Shown in pieces: positions 24,024 through 31,650 of a stretch of 32,000 nucleotides of DNA. Where the stretch lies: the NCBI RefSeq assembly GCF_000017845.1, contig NC_010546.1:240001-272000 (forward strand), in the 5' to 3' direction. Every line of letters begins with the position of its first letter. The first letter of the stretch is position 1. The notes under the pieces were generated by a model, which saw only the letters and a program-made list of their open reading frames with translations, made no database searches and had not been told where the DNA came from. Origin of the DNA: Crocosphaera subtropica ATCC 51142. Its GTDB lineage: Bacteria > Cyanobacteriota > Cyanobacteriia > Cyanobacteriales > Microcystaceae. Both the position numbers and the translations under genes were made by a program.

Positions 24024-26718
24024 ACTCATCACTCTCCTTTGGTAAAGTAGTTTGAAAGTGGGATATTCCATAGGGGGAGTCATCTGTAGCTATTTTTTCC
24101 AATTCTCGTAAATAAACTTTCATGAATTCTTCAACAACTCCAGGATGTTTTGCTGTAATTAAATCCCCATCAACATAAGTGTTAACGGTTCCTCCACTGT
24201 TCTGATAAATAACTTCTGCACCACTGTTTTTAACATCATCAATAATATTATGGGCGCAGGTAACTTTCTTGCCTCGTAACAAGGTTTTATCAGGGGTTAA
24301 TAGCCATAAAGAATGGCAAATGGTTCCTAATTTAAGTCCTTTAATTTGACTAATTTTTCGGATTAAATTAAGGGCAGGTGCTTGATTATCTTGATGGGAT
24401 TGGGGATTATCTTCATAGCGCAATCGATCCATTGCATATCCTCCTACTAAGATAAATCCTTTGAAGTCTGAGGGATTCACTTGATCAACATCACAACGCA
24501 CTCGCAATGGATCTAAATGTTCATTTCCAGTAAACTCCAACACAGGATTATTCCAGAGTCGTGAAATATATACAATTTCATAACCATGTTTTGGGAAAAA
24601 CTGAGAAAATGCCTGAATTTCTGTTTCGTCAAAATGGCTTTCAACTAACACCCCAATTTTCCCTTTCTTTTCTGTTTTTTCTACAAATTCTTGGCGATTA
24701 TCCATTGTTAAAGGTTGAAATTCAACAACTATTTCTGATCCAAAATCGTCAGGACCTAATTCGATCTGGAAGTTATCAGGATCGACGGTTGATCGTTCAA
24801 CTCCGTTAATAGTAATTCGTTGAATTTGGACAGCATTAGGAGGGAAAAAGTCAGGCAAAACATTGAGGGTTGTTTGTGTTAATTGACTATCGGGTTTAAA
24901 GAACAAGCAAAATGACTTATTACGAACATAAGTCATTAAATAAAGATGCGTAAGAAAACAGAGTTCAAACACATGATAACCAGAAATAGAGGGATCGGCT
25001 TTTTTTCCATAACGACCAGTAATGACAGGGCTTCCATTATCATTAACTCGAAAATAAACTCCGCCCCGATCTCGATCTAGGAAGAAAATATTCCAAAATG
25101 CCATCATTTCCTGAGCTAATTCTAGATATAATTGATTCCTAGTTTTGCCATACAAAATTAAGTAAGCAAGAATCCCCTGTTCTTGTTGCCAAAAGTCTTT
25201 AGTATTTAACCAAGGATATTCTCGAATCATGCCATTTTTAGGGTGACGTTCTAAAGCATCAAAACAGCCTCCTCGGAAGGTATCAATTGCCCCAACTTTC
25301 ACCATATTTTGTGCTATTCTCTCTGCAAGTTGAAGCAAAGCATAAGAAAATGACTGCTCTTTTGGCTGACTTGAATAATAATTAGAAACCCTAGTTAAAT
25401 TCCAAGCAATTTTTAGATTATGACCCACAATTCCTCGATCTTGTTGCCAATCCCAGTGAGTATCAGGTTCCCATCTTGGATAGAATCTTTCCTGGACAAA
25501 ATCATTATTTTTTTCAGGAAATTTCTCTGCTATTAAGGTAGCAGTTTCTTTAAGAATTTCTTTACAGCTATTGAGAAATTCTCTAATTTGTTCCGTATGC
25601 TTATTAAGGGGAAGTGGCTCTAAAGCTAAAATTAGATTGACTAAATAAGCTGGAATATGATCCCCAATTGAATTCCAATTTTTACGAGGTTGCTGAGGGT
25701 TATTCTGGTAAACTTTGACTTCTTTGAGAAGGATTGGATCATTAACGGGCCAGGTTTTAGGTTTTAGGGTAGCTGGATCAAGGTGACTAAAAAATCCACC
25801 GAATTCTGATGAGTCATGGAAATATTTAATAAAGGTATTAACCGTACGACGAATATCATCTAAAGTTTCCCATTCTAAAGTAACTCGATAGTATTGTATG
25901 AGTCCGGCTAAGGCATAAATTTGTTCGTAAAGCGGAATAGTTCCTCGTCCTAAAGGTTCATCACTTTCTGAAGGGATAATAAGTTGATTATCTCGTTTCC
26001 CATAAGCCCAGAAACAATATCGACCATCATGGGTTAAACTCCGAAAATACTCTCTTTGGTAATTAACGCCGGCTGTTGCTGCATCTAAAAACCGTTGACT
26101 ACCTGTTAATAAATAGGCAGAAGATAATCCATAAATTAATCTCGATAACGTAGCCATTTCCTGAATATTATCTTGAGTTGGTCCAAAAGTAATATTCAAA
26201 TTCGTTCGGTATTTTGAAAAATTATATCGTCCGTGGCCGTCATATAGTGTATCTAACCAAACATCAGCTAAGCGAGACATTTGAGTGACCCACCAATGGG
26301 TACTTTCAAACAAAAAATGGCCTTGATAATCAATTGTTTGTCCATTTTGATCGTAAAGTAAGTGAATGGTTTTAGCATCTATTCTTTTTGACAGTCCATT
26401 TTGAAGCAATACCCCTTCAACTACGACTAATCGACCAACATTAAGGTATTTACTTGTTTTCTCTATTGGGTTTAGGTCTGGATCGGAACGAGTGCCAAAT
26501 TCTTCTAAATTTCCGTAACGATTACGGTTAATATTATCTAAATTAGAAAGGCTTTGAAAGTTAGTTGTTGAGGTTACATAGATATAAAATTCATCTCCAC
26601 TACGACAACGAATTTTAAAATCAATTCCTTTACCATTTAGATTACTTTGATGGGTAACATCTTCTAACCGTTCAATAACCCTACCCATCAAGGTTACTTG
26701 GTTACAAAAACCTCTCAT
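24007..26718 (-). CDS. three-domain fusion protein: OB-fold-like N-domain, AGE-family (alpha/alpha)6 barrel, C-terminal DJ-1/PfpI domain
   Basis: 903-aa ORF with GGAG 8 nt upstream of the ATG.
- aa 1-125: NQVTLMGRVIERLE...GRLVVVEGVLLQNG...IDAKTIHLL resembles the SSB-type OB strand pattern.
- aa ~135-600: repeated helical-hairpin motifs typical of N-acylglucosamine/cellobiose 2-epimerase-like six-hairpin proteins (LSRLIYGLSSAYLLTG, LYEQIYALAGLIQYY, GHNLKIAWNL, EQGILAYLILY).
- aa ~685-875: DJ-1/PfpI, with KIGVLVESHFDETE, FILVGGYA, and a nucleophile elbow GTICHSLWLL (Cys801 codon at 24316-24318). Confidence 0.65.
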   Translation of the reverse strand: MRGFCNQVTLMGRVIERLEDVTHQSNLNGKGIDFKIRCRSGDEFYIYVTSTTNFQSLSNLDNINRNRYGNLEEFGTRSDPDLNPIEKTSKYLNVGRLVVVEGVLLQNGLSKRIDAKTIHLLYDQNGQTIDYQGHFLFESTHWWVTQMSRLADVWLDTLYDGHGRYNFSKYRTNLNITFGPTQDNIQEMATLSRLIYGLSSAYLLTGSQRFLDAATAGVNYQREYFRSLTHDGRYCFWAYGKRDNQLIIPSESDEPLGRGTIPLYEQIYALAGLIQYYRVTLEWETLDDIRRTVNTFIKYFHDSSEFGGFFSHLDPATLKPKTWPVNDPILLKEVKVYQNNPQQPRKNWNSIGDHIPAYLVNLILALEPLPLNKHTEQIREFLNSCKEILKETATLIAEKFPEKNNDFVQERFYPRWEPDTHWDWQQDRGIVGHNLKIAWNLTRVSNYYSSQPKEQSFSYALLQLAERIAQNMVKVGAIDTFRGGCFDALERHPKNGMIREYPWLNTKDFWQQEQGILAYLILYGKTRNQLYLELAQEMMAFWNIFFLDRDRGGVYFRVNDNGSPVITGRYGKKADPSISGYHVFELCFLTHLYLMTYVRNKSFCLFFKPDSQLTQTTLNVLPDFFPPNAVQIQRITINGVERSTVDPDNFQIELGPDDFGSEIVVEFQPLTMDNRQEFVEKTEKKGKIGVLVESHFDETEIQAFSQFFPKHGYEIVYISRLWNNPVLEFTGNEHLDPLRVRCDVDQVNPSDFKGFILVGGYAMDRLRYEDNPQSHQDNQAPALNLIRKISQIKGLKLGTICHSLWLLTPDKTLLRGKKVTCAHNIIDDVKNSGAEVIYQNSGGTVNTYVDGDLITAKHPGVVEEFMKVYLRELEKIATDDSPYGISHFQTTLPKESDEYASLS

Positions 26719-27053
26719 TTCTCTTCTCCTGCATTCAACGAATGTAGCGACTTGTTGTTAGTAATCTCAAGAGAATATAAACTTTGATCTTTGACGAAAT
26801 TAACTATACTTTATTAGTAACATATCTCTAATAAATAAGCAGAAATACTGATACAAATATTTACAGGATAGGTTGAACTGATACCAATTCTCTTGATTAA
26901 CAATAGAGATTATGAGTTGAGGTAAGCAGAGAAAGCAGGGGAGGCAGGAGGAGATAAAGGAAAAAGAATATTAATTAAGTCTCTAGCTATTTTTGAAAAT
27001 TGGTATAACATTTTTTTATCCATTTAGTATCAATTGTGATACCTAACTTCCCA

Positions 27054-28226
27054 TCATTGATTAAGACGATAACGTTGATGATAAGACAGTAACGGCTTAC
27101 CATCGGGATCATAGCCACTTCCATCCCAATAGAACCAATGAATATTTTGTTCAGGCAGGGCTAAGGAGATATCGTTTCCATTTTTCTTGTTTCCATCATC
27201 TTTAAGTAAAGCTCGAATCACTAAGTCTGATTGGTCGATTTGAACACTGATTAAACTTTCTTTACCTAATTCTTCGACTAATTTAATTTGACCGTGAATC
27301 ACTAAAGCATCCCCTTCTGTTGCCTCATGGATGTCTTCGGGACGAATCCCTAAAACGATGTGTTTAAGACCTGGAGACTCACCCTCTACCTCTGGAATAT
27401 TTTCAGGAGCAATACTGGTTAACGGAATCCCAAATTGACCTAAAATAGCCTTATTATTCTGACATTCTAATTCGAGCAAATTCATCTGAGGGCTGCCCAC
27501 AAACCCGGCTACAAATTGATTCGCAGGATATTGATAAATTTCACGGGGAGAAGCCAGTTGTTGAATTTCACCAGCAAATAAAACCGCCACTTTATCAGAA
27601 AGGGTCATGGCCTCAGTTTGGTCATGGGTGACATAAACGACTGGTTTATTTTGTTCGGTAAAAATTTGTTTGAGTTCGGCTCTTACTTGTTCTCTTAAGA
27701 GGGCATCTAAGTTACTTAAGGGTTCATCTAATAAGAAAACCTCAGGATTTCTCACTAAGGCACGGGCTAAAGCCACTCTTTGCCGTTGTCCCCCTGAGAG
27801 TTTTCCTGGTTTTTCGGGTAAGCAGTCTTTACCTTCTTGGAGTTTGAGTTGTTTGGCTGCTGTTTGAATCCGTTGATCAATTTCCTCTTCTGAAAGATTA
27901 CGAATTTTTAGGGCTGTGGCGATATTTTCTTTGGCCGTCATGTGAGGATAGAGGGCATAACTTTGGAAAACCATGGCAATATTGCGATCGCCGGGAGCAA
28001 TATTAGTGACTTTTTTCTCGCCAATGAAAATGTCTCCTTTTGTTGGTGGTTCTAACCCTGCAATCAATCTCAAAAGGGTTGATTTACCACAGCCAGAGGG
28101 ACCGAGTAAGGTTAAAAATTCTCCATCTTCAACCTCGACATTGCTAATTCCTTTAACAACATCGAGGGTTTTTCCTTGATCAATTTGATATTGTTTTGTT
28201 AAGTTTTCTAGTCTTAACTTAGCCAT
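27054..28226 (-). CDS. carbohydrate-type ABC transporter ATP-binding protein (MalK/UgpC/GgtA-like)
   Basis: 390-aa ORF. Walker A is GPSGCGKST, with a Q-loop, signature LSGGQRQRVALARAL, Walker B FLLDEPLSNLD, and an H-loop VTHDQ. A C-terminal MalK-like regulatory (TOBE-type) domain follows. No permease or binding-protein gene is adjacent. Confidence 0.9.
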   Translation of the reverse strand: MAKLRLENLTKQYQIDQGKTLDVVKGISNVEVEDGEFLTLLGPSGCGKSTLLRLIAGLEPPTKGDIFIGEKKVTNIAPGDRNIAMVFQSYALYPHMTAKENIATALKIRNLSEEEIDQRIQTAAKQLKLQEGKDCLPEKPGKLSGGQRQRVALARALVRNPEVFLLDEPLSNLDALLREQVRAELKQIFTEQNKPVVYVTHDQTEAMTLSDKVAVLFAGEIQQLASPREIYQYPANQFVAGFVGSPQMNLLELECQNNKAILGQFGIPLTSIAPENIPEVEGESPGLKHIVLGIRPEDIHEATEGDALVIHGQIKLVEELGKESLISVQIDQSDLVIRALLKDDGNKKNGNDISLALPEQNIHWFYWDGSGYDPDGKPLLSYHQRYRLNQ

Positions 28227-28282
28227 TCTCTTTTTTCTGTTGAGTCTTTAGCACGTTCCTTTTCTGATAGTAGAATAACACT

Positions 28283-30298
28283 TTATTCATCGCTATCTTT
28301 GGCTGAGGAACGACGACGGCGACGACGAATGACTGGTTTAGTTCCTTCGTCTTGAGAAGCAGAGGTGAAATCGCTTTCGTTCTCATCGTCATTATCATTA
28401 TCGGTTTCTATCCCTTCTTCTATGGCTTGGGATTCAGTGGCAGTAGGGTCCATATCAGTTAAATCAATCACCATTTGCTGTTCTTCGCTGGTGGGGGTTT
28501 GGGTTTCTGGGGTCGTTGCTGATGTTTTTTCTATGGTTTTTCTTTCTATGCCCTCTGGTGATTTCACCGATACCACCACCGATTTGGGGTCTTTAAATTC
28601 TTTGTCGACACGAACCAAGGGAGAAATCCCCATTAAAGCGTAAACATCTTGTTCTAGGGGAGTCATTTCGACAGAAACCCTTTCTACTGGACCTTCTTCT
28701 CGGCGTAAATGTCTGGGAAGTCTTTCTCTACGATTGTCATTACCCGATTCATTATTATTATCGTCTGTTTCTTTGATCCCGACATTACTACTTGATTTAG
28801 TAGAATCTTCTTTAATGACGAGATTGGGGGTTTGACGACGACGGCGACGACGGTTATTAGCGTTACTATTTTGCTCTTGATAACTGGGATGGTGTAACAA
28901 TTCTAATTGATCGGAATTATCGCTATCCTCATCTTCAAAGGGAGAATCCCAACCACTGTCATTGACTTCTAGGGGTTTTTCGATTGGTTTAGGGGTGACG
29001 GGGGTGGGGGCTGGAACGGGAAGGGGAGTGGTAGCGGCCGATTCGAGAGCGACTAATTGAGATTCCCCTGGAAGATGGGCTAAATGGCCTAAGCCACCAC
29101 ATTGGGGACAGGGTTGACCAAATAACTCATAAATGTTTTTACCCTGGCGTTTACGGGTTAATTCCACTAATCCCAGTTCGGAGAGTTGGGCAATTTGGGG
29201 TCTGGCTTTATCGACTTTGAGCGCTTTGTTGAAATGTTCGAGTAATTTGAGTTGATCTCGTCGGGAGTCCATATCGATAAAATCGACAATAATCACACCC
29301 CCAATATTGCGTAATCGTAACTGACGGGCGATTTCGGTAGCTGCTTCGCTATTAGTCCATAAGACGGTTTCCCGTGAGGTGGCCGAACGGGTAAAGGACC
29401 CTGAGTTGACATCAATGACGGTGAGGGCTTCGGTGGGTTCAATAATAATATAACCCCCAGAAGGCAGGTCTACTCTCGGTTTTAGGGCTTCTCTGACGGC
29501 TGCATTGACTCGGAAATAGTCGAGGATGGACATGGATTCCCGATGATGATCAATTAACACTCCTTCGGGAGGCCGTCCCCCACTCCAGTTCATTAAATGA
29601 TGTTTAACTCGTTTAACACCGGAAGGGTTATCCACCACAATACGGTTGACATCTGCGCTGTACATATCCCGTAATACCCGTTGAATAAAGTCGTCATCAC
29701 GGTTTAGGAGGGACGGGGCGCGGGTTGAGGTAGCTTGAACTTGAATCGACTCCCATTGCCGTTGTAAAAATTCTAAGTCCTCCATGATTGCTTCTTCGGC
29801 TTTGCCTTCTGCTTCGGTTCGCACTAATAAGCCCATTCCGGCTGGTTTAATCAGGATGGCTAAAGCCCGTAAGCGACTGCGTTCATCATCGTTGCGAATA
29901 CGCCGAGATAGGTTAACCCCTTTGCCGTTGGGCATCAACACTAAGTAGCGTCCAGGAAGGCTAATATTGCCGGTTAATCTCGGACCTTTGTTACCGGTAG
30001 GTTCTTTCATCACCTGAACCAGCACTTTTTGTTGTGGCGTTAGAAGTTCTGTGATAGCACCGGCACTGCGTTTGAGGCGCAAGGGTCCTAAGTCGGTGAC
30101 GTGGATAAAGCCGTTTCGTTCTGCGTCCCCAATGTTAACAAAGGCAGCATCAATACCTGGGATGACGTTTTCAACGACCCCTAAAAAAATGTCGCTGACT
30201 TGTTGGTTTCCTGTGGCAACCACTAATTCTTGTATTTGATCTTCCCAAAATACGGCAGCAATGTGGTGTTGTTCTGCGATAATAATTTGTTTTGGCAT
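28283..30298 (-). CDS. rne: ribonuclease E (cyanobacterial RNase E/G family)
   Basis: 671-aa ORF. It has an S1 domain (GVVENVIPGIDAAFVNIG), catalytic motifs IDVNSGSF and IIVDFIDM, and a Zn-link CPQCGG. The C-terminal region is non-catalytic, with Arg-rich blocks including RRRRRRSSA (28301-28327). As I recall, that nonapeptide is the conserved PNPase-binding motif of cyanobacterial RNase E. Confidence 0.9.
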   Translation of the reverse strand: MPKQIIIAEQHHIAAVFWEDQIQELVVATGNQQVSDIFLGVVENVIPGIDAAFVNIGDAERNGFIHVTDLGPLRLKRSAGAITELLTPQQKVLVQVMKEPTGNKGPRLTGNISLPGRYLVLMPNGKGVNLSRRIRNDDERSRLRALAILIKPAGMGLLVRTEAEGKAEEAIMEDLEFLQRQWESIQVQATSTRAPSLLNRDDDFIQRVLRDMYSADVNRIVVDNPSGVKRVKHHLMNWSGGRPPEGVLIDHHRESMSILDYFRVNAAVREALKPRVDLPSGGYIIIEPTEALTVIDVNSGSFTRSATSRETVLWTNSEAATEIARQLRLRNIGGVIIVDFIDMDSRRDQLKLLEHFNKALKVDKARPQIAQLSELGLVELTRKRQGKNIYELFGQPCPQCGGLGHLAHLPGESQLVALESAATTPLPVPAPTPVTPKPIEKPLEVNDSGWDSPFEDEDSDNSDQLELLHHPSYQEQNSNANNRRRRRRQTPNLVIKEDSTKSSSNVGIKETDDNNNESGNDNRRERLPRHLRREEGPVERVSVEMTPLEQDVYALMGISPLVRVDKEFKDPKSVVVSVKSPEGIERKTIEKTSATTPETQTPTSEEQQMVIDLTDMDPTATESQAIEEGIETDNDNDDENESDFTSASQDEGTKPVIRRRRRRSSAKDSDE

Positions 30299-31034
30299 TC
30301 AATTCCCTCAAACTTTTGTAAGAGACGATGACAGGTTAGAATTCCTGGATTCGGTGTTTAAATTGGTTGAAAAACTGTTTACAGTCAAACATTTCGACAT
30401 ATCAAGTCAAGTGAAAACGGTAGTGAACTCGACTCATTTGTATCCTTAACCTAATGTCAGTGGGCTAATGGTACTGACTTGTTCCACCAGGGGAAATAAC
30501 TTGATGTTTTAGGGTGTCTCTACCCGTTTCACAACAAGATGGTTTATTCAATATTTTGGAAAATCCTCAGGAATAAACTTGCGCTTCGTTGACATTATAT
30601 ATTTAATACGCTGTCTAGGTGGATAGTTATGAGTTGATAACCTTGATAAAGACGTTAGTGTTTTATCGGCTTTTTTGATTAAACTGATTAATCATGTTTG
30701 ATTAATCTTTAAATGTTGTGTTTTTTGCTCATCACCCTAAGGAATAGGGAGAGGTGATTGCCTTTTGTTTTAGGCTTGGACACAACTATCTACTATTTTA
30801 ACCCGAATATAACCTAAAAGCTATATCTTTGACAAGAGTGGGTGATATTACTGAGAAAGTTTAAACTGTCAAGGGGCTTCACCTGGGATAAATCCGTAAA
30901 AATAACGCTACTTTATGCTAAATCTCAGTTAATATATCTCTCTCTTAATTATGACCCTATTCCCTGAAATTATATAATCATGCCCATTGACCAAAGCACT
31001 TTTTCACTGGTATCCTCATAAGAAATATATCATT

Positions 31035-31622
31035 ATGTTAAAAGTTATTAAGGATGCGAGGATGATTAAATTAAGACTATATGAACTTCAACAAAGGTAT
31101 GCCTTAGGAAATAGAGAATTTACTAACGTTGATCTCAGTGGTTTAGACTTAAGTGGACTTAATCTAAAAAATATCAATTTTCAAGGGGCTATTTTACAAG
31201 GGACTAATTTACAAGGGACTAATCTAGAAAGAGCAAATTTTAAAGGGACTAATCTGACTAATTGTAATCTTTATCGAGCTAATCTTTATGGGGCTAATTT
31301 GAATTATACTAACTTAGTTTATTCTAATTTGAAAGAAGCTAATTTTCATCGAAGTATTATAGAAAATTCTTGTCTAGATTATGTGTGTTTAGAAAGAACT
31401 GATTTCAGTGAAGCCCATTTACGCACTTTATCTGTAGAAGGCACTCAATTAACTAAAACTGACTTAACAGATGCTACTCTGATTGATGTTAATTTAAGTC
31501 AAGCTTATCTTTCTGAAATTTATTATAGTCAATTAACTAAATTATGTAATTGTTTTCAAGTAGAAGCGATATCTGATCAGTTTTTTGATGATATAAATAA
31601 GGAGATGGAATTCGCAGTTTAG
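31035..31622 (+). CDS. pentapeptide-repeat protein
   Basis: It contains tandem A(D/N)LXX pentapeptides (NLQGTNLQGTNLERANFKGTNLTNCNLYRANLYGANLNYTNLVYSNLKEANF...). The track ORF begins with TTG at 30987. The ATG codons at 31035 and 31062 (AAGGA 7 nt upstream) are more plausible starts, so the start is uncertain. Confidence 0.8.
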   Translation: MLKVIKDARMIKLRLYELQQRYALGNREFTNVDLSGLDLSGLNLKNINFQGAILQGTNLQGTNLERANFKGTNLTNCNLYRANLYGANLNYTNLVYSNLKEANFHRSIIENSCLDYVCLERTDFSEAHLRTLSVEGTQLTKTDLTDATLIDVNLSQAYLSEIYYSQLTKLCNCFQVEAISDQFFDDINKEMEFAV

Positions 31623-31650
31623 CTCATAGTATTGTCAAAAATTTAGTCAA

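Noticed and set aside
24024-24083. A 20-codon N-terminal extension of the NTF2-like ORF (MTPPMEYPTFKLLYQRRVMS).
   Set aside because: It lies wholly inside the coding end of the 903-aa gene. The AGGAGA is positioned to serve the ATG at 24021-24023.
27033-27048. GTATCAATTGTGATAC considered as an NtcA or CRP-family operator.
   Set aside because: The spacing is GTA-N10-TAC rather than N8. Only one TGTGA half-site is present, with no TCACA partner at N6. It is kept only as an unexplained palindrome within a broader finding.
1474-30449. Short ORFs from the track that lie antisense to, or out of frame within, strong genes: 1474-1683, 2126-2395, 3212-3403, 4728-4928, 6601-6819, 8794-8991, 9452-9667, 13056-13319, 13435-13620, 14899-15096, 16849-17058, 18218-18421, 19656-19865, 21966-22208, 24561-24809, 27670-27867, 27973-28179, 28365-28643, 30051-30239, 30261-30449.
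   Set aside because: Each overlaps a longer ORF that has clear family motifs. Their translations are low-complexity or Ser/Leu/Arg-rich, typical of shadow frames. None has a convincing ribosome-binding site.
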